DNA from: Chloroflexota bacterium
GTDB taxonomy: Bacteria; Chloroflexota; UBA11872; VXNJ01
Assembly: GCA_965207915.1 (NCBI GenBank)
Contig: OZ242304.1
Coordinates: 2,065,805-2,129,804, forward strand
Reading direction: 5' to 3'
Length of the DNA: 64,000 nt
A program made the translations under genes and the position numbers. Positions 18,890 through 27,383 of this stretch are shown here, one piece after another. Numbering within the stretch: the stretch's first letter is position 1; each line of letters opens with the position of its first letter. The notes beneath the pieces were generated by a model, which had not been told where the DNA came from, did no database searches, and worked only from the letters and a program-made list of their open reading frames with translations.

Positions 18890-19989
18890 CGCCGGTCCCT
18901 GGCGCCGTTCCTGAGCGCCTCGAAGAAGGCCGCCAGGTCGGGCTCGACCTGCAGCGGCAGGGTGACCTTGGCGCCGCTGGCGGCCGATGCGAACGCTGCG
19001 TTGACTGCCTCCACCGCGGCCGATCCGGCGTCGCCCGGTGCACGGTTTTCAGCTTTGCCCGCGATGCAGTCGGCAAAGTGGTTCAACTCACGGGCGTAGC
19101 GACCGTTGCGGGCGATTTCGGCCCGAATGTTTGCCAGCGGTCGCACCGTCACGTCGCGGGTCGTTCCGCCGGGCCCGAAAAACGTCATCTGGAACGGATC
19201 GGCCGAGGCGTAGCTGGCCCGACCGGAATACTGGATCCGCAGGCGGCCGCGCGTTCCTACGAGGTCGTAACTCTCCATCATCCGCCCCGTGTGCACCCTG
19301 GAAATATTGTGGGTTGAGATCGCGCCTTGCGCGTGCAGGCAGATGGCCGCGCCGACATCCTCGTTGTGGCGTTCCCCGAACGCGATCTTCATCTCGGCCG
19401 ACACCTGCTCGATATCACCCAGCCAGAGACGACAAAGGTCGATCGTGTGCGATCCGTGGTCCTGGAAGGTCCCGCCCCAGGTTTGGGGGTGAGCTCGCGA
19501 TTCGTGGGCCGGAAACGGCGAACGGTGCGACCAATCGCAGCGGACCTCGATCATCGTTCCCAGCTCGCCGCCGCCGACCATTTCAGTGGCGCGCTCGAAG
19601 CTGCGGTCGAACCGCTTCATGAATCCGACCATCAGGACCCTGCCGGCGGCCGCCGCGGCCCGCTGGATCGCCCGGCATCCGGAGAGCGTGCGCGCCATCG
19701 GTTTTTCAACCAGAACGTGCAGGCCCGATTCCAAGGCGGCTATCGCCTGCGGCCGATGAAACTGGACCGGCGAGGCGATGATGGCCGCCTCGACCCCGTC
19801 GGTGAGCGCTTCCTGCAGGCTGGCGGCCGGCCGGCCTTGGCCGATAGCGTCGACCAGCGCGGCGCTGTTCTTGCGGTCCGGGTCGTAGACCCAGGCCACT
19901 TCGAATCGGTCGCTGCCGGCCAGCGCCGGAGGGTACATCACCTGCGCCCCGGCCGGGCCGGCGCCGATGATCGCCAGCCTGAGCGCCAT
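18886..19989 (-). CDS. Gfo/Idh/MocA family oxidoreductase
   Basis: IIGAG, HVLVEKPMA, VGFMKRFD, DHGSHTID. ATGA overlap with the ThDP gene. Confidence 0.92.
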   Translation of the reverse strand: MALRLAIIGAGPAGAQVMYPPALAGSDRFEVAWVYDPDRKNSAALVDAIGQGRPAASLQEALTDGVEAAIIASPVQFHRPQAIAALESGLHVLVEKPMARTLSGCRAIQRAAAAAGRVLMVGFMKRFDRSFERATEMVGGGELGTMIEVRCDWSHRSPFPAHESRAHPQTWGGTFQDHGSHTIDLCRLWLGDIEQVSAEMKIAFGERHNEDVGAAICLHAQGAISTHNISRVHTGRMMESYDLVGTRGRLRIQYSGRASYASADPFQMTFFGPGGTTRDVTVRPLANIRAEIARNGRYARELNHFADCIAGKAENRAPGDAGSAAVEAVNAAFASAASGAKVTLPLQVEPDLAAFFEALRNGARDRR

Positions 19990-19992
19990 GGG

Positions 19993-21411
19993 TTAGCGGC
20001 GGATGAACGGCCGCGCGGCCGGATCGCCGGTTGGTGGACCCCAGACGCCCAGATTGCGACCGTTGCTCTCAAGGCCGTGTCGACGTCCCTGCGCCTCGCG
20101 GCGAAGGTGGTCAAAGTACATGCGGCCGAAGCCCGCCAGCATGTCGCGGGCCAGCTCGTCGTTTCCGGAACGAAGATTGGTTCGCTCACCGGGATCTGCT
20201 TGCAGGTCGTATAGCTCATCGCCCTCACCGGCGGGCCGCAGCACAAGGCTCCAGCGGTCGTTGCGGATTACCCGGTCGAACGCCTCGTGATAACCGCAGA
20301 TGATTGCATCGCGGTGATGGTCGGTGTCGCCTTCAAGAACTGGCAGGAAGCTCCGGCCGTGCATGTCAGCGGTGCAATTTCCGAGCCCGGCCACTTCCAA
20401 CAACGTGGGGAGCAGGTCCTGATATTGACAAATGGCTGAAGTGCGCCTGGCGCCGCGCCCGCCCGGCAGGCGGACCATGAACGGTATCAACAGCTGTTCG
20501 TTGTAGAGGCGGTCGGCGCCTTTTAGGAACTTTCCGTGATCGGCCAGCGGGTGACCGTGGTCGCCCATCAGCACGATTGCCGAATCGTCGTAATAGCCCA
20601 GTTCGCGCAGTTGATCAAGCACCATGCCGACCGCGGCATCGACCGACGCGGCTTCGCCGGCATAAAGAGCGCGGATGTTGTCGATTTCGGCATCGCTGTA
20701 CCAGTTGCGCGCCGGCCCGCCCATGGGCATCACGTAGCGCGGACCCGTGTAATCGGGGTCGCCGTATACGTCGAATTCGGCAGGCGGGTCCCACGGCTCG
20801 TGGGGGTCGAAGCTGTCCATCCACAGGAAGACCTTGTCCTGCCCCCGGTTGCGTTTAAGCCAGTCGCAGGCCAAGTCGGCGACTTTGAATGCGAACCAGT
20901 CTTCTTTCCGCGCGAATTCCTCGGTGTTCACGATGAACTGGGCCACGTTGGCGCGCCAGAGCTCGTCGTAGTGCTCGTTGGTGAACTTGGCCAGATCGCT
21001 CTTGGGGGGTTCCGAGCGCCAGGGATCGTATTCCTGCCCGCGCACCCATTCGTAGGCGTGAAATCCGCCGTGGAAGTTCTGGTCGGCGGCGCGGTAATGG
21101 TAGACGTCGGCGATCAGCGCCGATACGTATCCCTCCAGGGCCAGGATCGACGAAATCGAAAAATCCTCGTCGGCCAGCGGCTGCCAGGCGCGCGTGAAGA
21201 GGGTGCGGTTTCCGGTAAACAGTGCGGTCCTGGCTGGAATCGTCGGCAGGGCGTCGGCGTACATCGAATCGAAAACAACCGACTCGGCCGCGAACGCGTC
21301 CATGTTGGGCGTTTGGCAGGGCGGGACGTTCGGGAAGACGCGCCGACCCTGGTGGTAGAAGCCGAAGTGGTCCTGCCGGTAACTGTCCAGCATGATCACG
21401 ATGATGTTCAT
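19993..21411 (-). CDS. Sulfatase-fold hydrolase with Thr at the nucleophile position
   Basis: MLDSYRQDH, TIPARTALFTG, DSFDPHEPWDPP, GDHG, ELYDLQADPGE. Confidence 0.85.
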   Translation of the reverse strand: MNIIVIMLDSYRQDHFGFYHQGRRVFPNVPPCQTPNMDAFAAESVVFDSMYADALPTIPARTALFTGNRTLFTRAWQPLADEDFSISSILALEGYVSALIADVYHYRAADQNFHGGFHAYEWVRGQEYDPWRSEPPKSDLAKFTNEHYDELWRANVAQFIVNTEEFARKEDWFAFKVADLACDWLKRNRGQDKVFLWMDSFDPHEPWDPPAEFDVYGDPDYTGPRYVMPMGGPARNWYSDAEIDNIRALYAGEAASVDAAVGMVLDQLRELGYYDDSAIVLMGDHGHPLADHGKFLKGADRLYNEQLLIPFMVRLPGGRGARRTSAICQYQDLLPTLLEVAGLGNCTADMHGRSFLPVLEGDTDHHRDAIICGYHEAFDRVIRNDRWSLVLRPAGEGDELYDLQADPGERTNLRSGNDELARDMLAGFGRMYFDHLRREAQGRRHGLESNGRNLGVWGPPTGDPAARPFIRR

Positions 21412-21500
21412 AGTCGATCCCACCCCTTGTTGCTTGCCGCCCCGCCGCCGGCCGCACCGACCCCCTCAGGGGGCGCCGATCATTTTGGCCGGAGGCACTC

Positions 21501-23480
21501 TCAGACGCGGGACAATTCGAGCACCGTCAACGAATGCGGTTCGAATTGGCGGGTAAAACCCCGGTCTCCCGGCTCCAGTTCGCAGTCGGCGCGCGAGAGC
21601 CGGACGACGGGGACAGCACCGGCGGCGTTGCGGGCGTTGGGTCCGTCGCCCCCGAGCACGCTCACCCGAGCGCGCGGATTCCAATCACCGGCGATCTCGA
21701 TCATCGCGGTGACCGCCTGGCCGGGGTGACGGTTGATCACCGATATCCAGACGCGGTCGCTATCCCGGCTGGCGGTGGCGGCAACGCGCAGCCAGGGCAC
21801 CGCCCGCTGCGGGGGTTCGGTTCCCAGACCGGGCGTGCTGTACGACTCCGAACGGCAGGTGCTGGCAACCGCCAGCGGACCGGAGTGATTGGCCAGCAGC
21901 GCGAACGCTTGGAAACACGGAGTTTCGGCGATCGAGTCGGCTTCCACGTCGATTAGCCCGAGCCGGTTGGCGAATCCGAACTGGGCGCCGATCCGCACCC
22001 GGGCGGAGCGCTGCTGCATCGACTGGATGATTCCGGCGATGCAAAGCCCATCACGCAGGGTGTAGACCTCTTTCCAGGGAGTGGCGGTTCGAAGGTCTTC
22101 GCGAACCCCGTATTCGTCGTAAGAAATCTCGGCCCCGGGCCCGCTCCAGTGCTCATCGATCACGCTGATCGAATCGTCCAGCACTCGATCGACCGTCTCT
22201 GGACCGGCCACTATGGCCAGGTACTTCTCCTCCGGATCGGGTTCCGTGGACAGGATCATCGGGTTGAGGGTGTAGCTGTGTATTGCAATCGCGTCGACGC
22301 TGGCGCCGGCGATTCTTGACACGCGCTCGTTCCAACGGCCCAGCACGTTGCGGACGTGCCCAACCGCGGTTAGGTGCAGTCGGTCGTCCACCGCCCGCAT
22401 GGCTCGGGCGAATTGAACACAGCGTCGCGCGTAGGACTCGGCGTCAACGTGCCCGACCTGGAAGTTGCCCCAAATCTCGTTTCCAATCGACCAGTGGCGC
22501 ACGCCGTAGGGTTGCGTCCGGCCGTTGGCGGCCCGGATCGCCCCGTACTCCGAATCGGGCGGGCCGTTGCAGTACTCGACCCAGGCGGCCGCCTGCTCGG
22601 GCGATCCGGAGCCGGCGTTCACGGTCAGGAAGGGGGTGATGCCCCATTGTTCGCAATGGGTCAGGAATTCGTCGGTACCCAGGTCGTGCGGTTCCCATTC
22701 CCCCCAGGCGCGGTTTAGGGCCGTCGGACGGCGGTCGCGCGGCCCGACGCCGCATTCCCAGTCGTAGTCGGATGCGAAATTCCCGCCCGGCCAGCGAATG
22801 AGGGTGATGCCGCCGGTCTTGAGCCGCTCGGCAACGTCCTGCCGAATTCCGCCGGCGCGATGATGGTCGGCGCGCATCAGCGACACCGCCCCGACCCAGA
22901 GTTGCCCGCTGCCCGAGGCGGTGATCCGAAGATCAAATTCGCCTCCCGCCTTCGGCACCAGCCGGGATTCGATGGTGCGCCATTCATCGGCCAGGTCGCG
23001 ATCGTCGACCACCAACTCGGCGACGTCGTCGCCGAGTCCGATCCTGACCGGACCGATCGGTCCCCGCGCGCGCAGCACCGTCCGCAGGTGGTATTCCTCA
23101 CCGCCCAGCACCGCTATGCCCGGCTGGGAAACTCCGCGGGGACTCCGGACGTCGCCGAGCAGGTCGATCCGCTGCGACTGCCCGCCGCTGTAGAAGACTG
23201 AATTGTCGTGGGCATATTCCACCGCCGGACCGGCCCCGAACGGCTCCCAGCACGCGGCGATCCCGAACCCCGGCGGGTCAGCAAATTCGCGTTTCCAGGC
23301 AACCGGCCGACCGCGTCCGGGTCGGTCGTCGTCGTGACCGGCGAACTTGCGGTTTCGGACCAGTTCGGCCCAGTAACCGCCGTAGACCGCGCGCTCGAGA
23401 TGCTCGACGTTCACTCCGTAAAGCATCGGATCGATCTCCCCGAGGATTTCCTGCGGTTCGATCCGGATTTCGGCGCGCAT
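21501..23480 (-). CDS. Glycoside hydrolase family 51 (alpha-L-arabinofuranosidase-like)
   Basis: LYGVNVEHL..AVYGG, IRWPGGNF, GTDEFL, WSIGNEIWG (acid/base Glu), YDEY (nucleophile), C-terminal beta-sandwich ending PHSLTVLEL. Confidence 0.9.
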   Translation of the reverse strand: MRAEIRIEPQEILGEIDPMLYGVNVEHLERAVYGGYWAELVRNRKFAGHDDDRPGRGRPVAWKREFADPPGFGIAACWEPFGAGPAVEYAHDNSVFYSGGQSQRIDLLGDVRSPRGVSQPGIAVLGGEEYHLRTVLRARGPIGPVRIGLGDDVAELVVDDRDLADEWRTIESRLVPKAGGEFDLRITASGSGQLWVGAVSLMRADHHRAGGIRQDVAERLKTGGITLIRWPGGNFASDYDWECGVGPRDRRPTALNRAWGEWEPHDLGTDEFLTHCEQWGITPFLTVNAGSGSPEQAAAWVEYCNGPPDSEYGAIRAANGRTQPYGVRHWSIGNEIWGNFQVGHVDAESYARRCVQFARAMRAVDDRLHLTAVGHVRNVLGRWNERVSRIAGASVDAIAIHSYTLNPMILSTEPDPEEKYLAIVAGPETVDRVLDDSISVIDEHWSGPGAEISYDEYGVREDLRTATPWKEVYTLRDGLCIAGIIQSMQQRSARVRIGAQFGFANRLGLIDVEADSIAETPCFQAFALLANHSGPLAVASTCRSESYSTPGLGTEPPQRAVPWLRVAATASRDSDRVWISVINRHPGQAVTAMIEIAGDWNPRARVSVLGGDGPNARNAAGAVPVVRLSRADCELEPGDRGFTRQFEPHSLTVLELSRV

Positions 23481-23569
23481 AGGCGGTGTTCGATCTTGTT
23501 TGTGTGACCCAACCGATTTTGTCTGGCACCGCCGTCTCGGCGTCGCCTGGAGCGGCCGGGCCCCATGCC

Positions 23570-23599
23570 AAAACCGGCCCCCGCAGTCGCGGGGGCCGG
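23570..23599 (-). terminator. Rho-independent terminator of hsp20
   Basis: 11-bp stem CCGGCCCCCGC/GCGGGGGCCGG with a 4-nt loop, then TTTT on the minus strand. Confidence 0.75.
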
Positions 23600-23621
23600 C
23601 AGCTTTGCGAATCGATTCCGA

Positions 23622-24074
23622 TTAGTTTTTGGAGATCTTTATTCGCTGCGGCTTGTGGTCCTCGACCAGCGGGATTTGCACGGACAGCTCGCCGTTGGCG
23701 TAGTTGCTGGTGGCGGCACTGGCGTCCACGCCGCGCGGCAGCCGCACCGAGCGCTCGAATGAACCGATTCGACGCTCGCGCACGATGAACGAGTCGCCCT
23801 CCTCGGCGGACGAACCGGACGCCGTTCCGGCGATCGTGAGGACGCCTCGATCGAGAGTCACCTCGATCCGGTCGGGGTCGATGCCGGGGACCGATGCGAC
23901 CACCGTGATCGCCTCGTCGGTCCTTGTCATGTCGATCGGAACGTAGGTTTCAAAAAAGACGTCGCGGCCAATGTCGAAAAACTCGCTCAGCAGCGGACGG
24001 GCCCAGGGAAAACCGAAATCCGCGCTGGCCGGCGCCAGTCGACTTCGGGTGGGTCGGCGGAGCAACTGCGGCAT
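23622..24074 (-). CDS. Small heat-shock protein, Hsp20/alpha-crystallin family
   Basis: PIDM...VPGIDPDRIEV...LTIAG, RERRIGSFERSVRLP, YANGELSVQIP. Confidence 0.95.
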   Translation of the reverse strand: MPQLLRRPTRSRLAPASADFGFPWARPLLSEFFDIGRDVFFETYVPIDMTRTDEAITVVASVPGIDPDRIEVTLDRGVLTIAGTASGSSAEEGDSFIVRERRIGSFERSVRLPRGVDASAATSNYANGELSVQIPLVEDHKPQRIKISKN

Positions 24075-24129
24075 TGCATGGTTCCTTTCAGAATTCGTGT
24101 TGACCTCGTTGTCAACCTGCCGTTGCTAA

Positions 24130-24158
24130 ATGATAAAGCTTGAGCGTATAAGTGTCAA
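24130..24158 (-). promoter_or_regulatory. Sigma70-type promoter of hsp20
   Basis: Minus strand TTGACA (24158-24153), 17-bp spacer, TATCAT (24135-24130). Confidence 0.8.
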
Positions 24159-24159
24159 G
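24139..24159. promoter_or_regulatory. HAIR-like (HspR-associated inverted repeat) operator
   Basis: CTTGAGC-N7-TGTCAAG versus consensus CTTGAGT-N7-ACTCAAG (11/14 match). Overlaps the -35 box and spacer of a heat-shock gene. Confidence 0.6.
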
Positions 24160-24221
24160 GGTTATTACAATGCGAACAACGGTTTGCTGCGCCTACGCGG
24201 CTAGGAACGGGAATCGGCCAT

Positions 24222-25400
24222 TCAGGTGATCGGCCGCACGTCCTCGAACGAATTTGACTCCCAGGAACGAAAGATCGCGTCCGACACCTCGGCCACCGCC
24301 AGGGCGGCGTTGATGTTGGGCTCGCCGGGCTCGCCCGCGTCGGTGGCGCGCAAGAACTCGTAGGCCTCGATTACCTTGGTGTCGTCATAACTCATTGACA
24401 AACCGTCGCCGGGGGTGAAGTTGGCGAAGTACGGCATTTCGACGCTGGCGAGTAGATTGACATAACCGTCACGCGCGTTGTCGCCTTCGCTCAGTTCGAA
24501 GAATTCGAGTTCACCCATTCGGCCCAGGTACCACTTGAGGACTCCGTTGGTGCCGTGCAACTCCCAGCTCAGATTGATCTTCTCGCCCTGGATGACCCGG
24601 CACGATTCGAGGTGGCCGAAGACGCCGTTGGCAAATTCGACCAGGACGCCGACGTAGTCCTCGTTTTCGACCGGTGCCCGCGGCCCTCCCTTGCGGATTG
24701 AGAAATGGGTCCCCTCGCCGGGAATCGGCTCCGGTCGATCCCCGATGAATGTGTTCTGCTGCGAGGCCAGGCGCTTGATCGGACCGGCCAGGAAATGGGC
24801 CTGGTCGACGACGTGCGAAAGCATGTCCGCCACGACCCCCGATCCGGCCATTGAACGCGAAAATCGCCAGGTCAGCATGGCGTCCGGGTTGCTTCCGTAG
24901 CCTTCCAGGAAGCGACCCCGGAAGTGGGTCAACCGGCCGAGCCGGCCCGAATCGACAATCTGCTTGGCAAACTTCACCACCGGACACATCCGGTAATTGA
25001 ACCCGATGTGCGAGGTGACCCCGGCCGTGTTGATTGCGTCGGCGATCGCCTTGGTCTCAGCCGGCGAGCGCCCGCACGGTTTCTCAAGCCAGATATGCTT
25101 GCCGGCGGCGGCCGCAGCCTCGGCCATTTCCAGGTGCAGGAAGTTGGGGGTCGTGATGCTCACGGCTTCCACTTCGGGGTGTTCGAGAACCTCCCGCCAG
25201 TCGGTTGTCCACTGCTGATAGCCGTACTTTTCAGCCGAAGATCGGGCCCGGCGCTCGAAGTTGTCGGCGCAAATGACCAGCCTTCCCGTCGCCGGCGCAT
25301 CCGGAAACCGAATCGCGACCTGATTTTGCGAGCGCGAGTGCAATTCGCCCATCCAGCCCATGCCGATCGTGCCGATCCCAATTTGGCGTTGCATTTGCAT
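24222..25400 (-). CDS. Gfo/Idh/MocA oxidoreductase, inositol dehydrogenase-like
   Basis: IGMGWMG, KHIWLEKP, GFNYR, WRF...AGSG..DMLSH. Divergent from an IolE-like gene. Confidence 0.88.
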   Translation of the reverse strand: MQMQRQIGIGTIGMGWMGELHSRSQNQVAIRFPDAPATGRLVICADNFERRARSSAEKYGYQQWTTDWREVLEHPEVEAVSITTPNFLHLEMAEAAAAAGKHIWLEKPCGRSPAETKAIADAINTAGVTSHIGFNYRMCPVVKFAKQIVDSGRLGRLTHFRGRFLEGYGSNPDAMLTWRFSRSMAGSGVVADMLSHVVDQAHFLAGPIKRLASQQNTFIGDRPEPIPGEGTHFSIRKGGPRAPVENEDYVGVLVEFANGVFGHLESCRVIQGEKINLSWELHGTNGVLKWYLGRMGELEFFELSEGDNARDGYVNLLASVEMPYFANFTPGDGLSMSYDDTKVIEAYEFLRATDAGEPGEPNINAALAVAEVSDAIFRSWESNSFEDVRPIT

Positions 25401-25597
25401 TCCTTAAGGTTTGGCGTGCTTGCGGGGCGCGCTTGACCGGGCGCTCGCCGCCCTAGCAATTTACCGCCAAATTGACCGGCGATATGGCCCGGTCGCGCCT
25501 GCACCAGATCCCTGGCGGCCGCTACCCCTGAAACCGGCGGCGCACTCCACCTAGAATGGCGATTCAAAGAGCACTAAATCCGGGGAGCGGATCAGGG

Positions 25598-26509
25598 ATG
25601 CGGCTCAAGGTTGGCAACTGCCCCGATTCATGGGGTGTCTGGTTCGGTGAACCCGATCCGCTGCAGACTCCATGGGAGCGCTGCTACGACGAAATCAAGG
25701 AAGCCGGGTACAAGTACGTCGAGTCGGGGCCCTGGGGTTACGCTCCGACCGACGCGCAGGTAATGAAGGCGGCCATGGAGGCGCGCGGTTTCAGTGTTAC
25801 CGGCACCAACATGATGGTCCACTACGAGGACGTGGAGGCCCGCGACCAGATTCGGTCGGTGGCGCGCCAGATTTCGGACTACCTGGCCAAACTGGACGCC
25901 GAATATTTCATTTTTATCGATGGCAGCTACACCGGCGGTACCCATACCGACCCGACCGGACGCGAGGTCGAAATGCCGGAGCGGCTGGACGATGCCGCCT
26001 TCGACGCGCTGATCGAATTCACGGTCGATCTGGCCCGCATGATCTCGGCCGACTACGGCCTGCGCCCGGTGTTTCACCCCCACGCCGACACCCATGTCCA
26101 GTACGAAGACCAGATCGAACGCTATCTCGAGGCCACCGATCACGCCGATGTCGGCCTGCTGCTGGACACCGGTCACCACGCCTATGCCGGCGGAGACCCG
26201 GTCGCGTTCATGCGCAAGTGGGGCCACCGCGTCGACTACCTGCACCTGAAGAACGTCGAACCCACGATTGCGGCCAAGGTGCAAGCCGAAAACATCCCCA
26301 TGACCGAAGCCACCAAGATGGGCGTCTGGGTCGAACCGGGCGACGGGGTGGTGGACTTCGACGACTTCCTGAACGCCATCGTCGAGGCCGACTTCTCCGG
26401 CTACGCTGTCGTGGAGCAGGACATGTATCCGGTACCGTTTGACAAACCGCTGCCGATCGCCAAGCGCACCCTGGCTTGGCTCGAAGAGCACGGGTACACG
26501 AGCGCCTGA
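25598..26509 (+). CDS. Inosose dehydratase (IolE)-like TIM-barrel protein
   Basis: PDSWGVWF, E.GPWGY.PTD, FHPHADTHV, LDTGHHAY.GGDP, YLHLK, VEQDMYP. Confidence 0.82.
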   Translation: MRLKVGNCPDSWGVWFGEPDPLQTPWERCYDEIKEAGYKYVESGPWGYAPTDAQVMKAAMEARGFSVTGTNMMVHYEDVEARDQIRSVARQISDYLAKLDAEYFIFIDGSYTGGTHTDPTGREVEMPERLDDAAFDALIEFTVDLARMISADYGLRPVFHPHADTHVQYEDQIERYLEATDHADVGLLLDTGHHAYAGGDPVAFMRKWGHRVDYLHLKNVEPTIAAKVQAENIPMTEATKMGVWVEPGDGVVDFDDFLNAIVEADFSGYAVVEQDMYPVPFDKPLPIAKRTLAWLEEHGYTSA

Positions 26510-26547
26510 CCGCCGAACGCTGAGGTGTCTACCGGGAATCCGCGACG

Positions 26548-27378
26548 ATGACTGACCGGGCCGCATTCCCCGATCAGTTCGCCGGCAAGGTGGCGGTCAT
26601 CACCGGATCGACCCAGGGTATTGGCGAGGCTACGGCGCGGCTGTTCGCGGCGCGGGGCGCCGCCGGACTCGTAATCTGCGGGCGTTCGCAGGATCGTGGG
26701 GCGGCGCTGGCTGCCGAATTGACTGCCGGCGGCTGCCCGACCAGCTACCAGCGCGCCGATCTTTCCCGCTACGAGGACCTGAAACCGATCGTGGATCGCG
26801 CCGAATCAGACTTCGGCCAACTCGATGTCCTGGTCAACTGCGCCGGGGTTGGGCCGCGCGGGACCATTTGGGACACCGATCTTGAGACGTACGAATACAT
26901 CTTCAACGTCAATATGCGGGCCCCTTATTTCCTCACCCAGTCCGCGGTGCACCTGATACAGCGCGGCGGTCGCGGCGGGGCGGTCTGCTCCATCGGATCG
27001 ATCTCGGGCTACGGCGGTCAGCCCTACATAAACGCCTATGCCGCGTCCAAAGGCGCGCTGATGTCCTTTACCCGCAACACCGCGTTCCAGTTGATGCGCC
27101 ACCGCATCAAGGTGAACGTTCTCAATATCGGCTGGGCCCAGACGCCGAACGAGCACATCGTGCAGACGACCGCCCAGGGTCAGCCGCCGGACTGGGTCGA
27201 GCGTGCCAACCGCGAGCTGCCGTTCGGACGGCTGGTTCAGCCAGACGAGGTCGCGCGCGCGGTGGCATTCCTGACTTCGGACGAGTCCGGTCTGATGACC
27301 GGCGCGTTGGTCGATTTCGACCAGTATGTAATCGGGGCCTTCCAAGAGCCCCCGCGTCCGGCGCCACTGGAGACCTGA
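26548..27378 (+). CDS. Short-chain dehydrogenase/reductase (type often linked to inositol genes)
   Basis: TGSTQGIG, YAASK, VNVLNIGW, SGLMTG..DFDQ. Confidence 0.9.
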   Translation: MTDRAAFPDQFAGKVAVITGSTQGIGEATARLFAARGAAGLVICGRSQDRGAALAAELTAGGCPTSYQRADLSRYEDLKPIVDRAESDFGQLDVLVNCAGVGPRGTIWDTDLETYEYIFNVNMRAPYFLTQSAVHLIQRGGRGGAVCSIGSISGYGGQPYINAYAASKGALMSFTRNTAFQLMRHRIKVNVLNIGWAQTPNEHIVQTTAQGQPPDWVERANRELPFGRLVQPDEVARAVAFLTSDESGLMTGALVDFDQYVIGAFQEPPRPAPLET

Positions 27379-27383
27379 ATCCC

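Noticed and set aside
19987-19995. In-frame TAA-CCC-ATG junction between the Thr-hydrolase and Gfo gene as read-through fusion
   Set aside because: UAA is an efficient stop, and both proteins are complete standalone folds.
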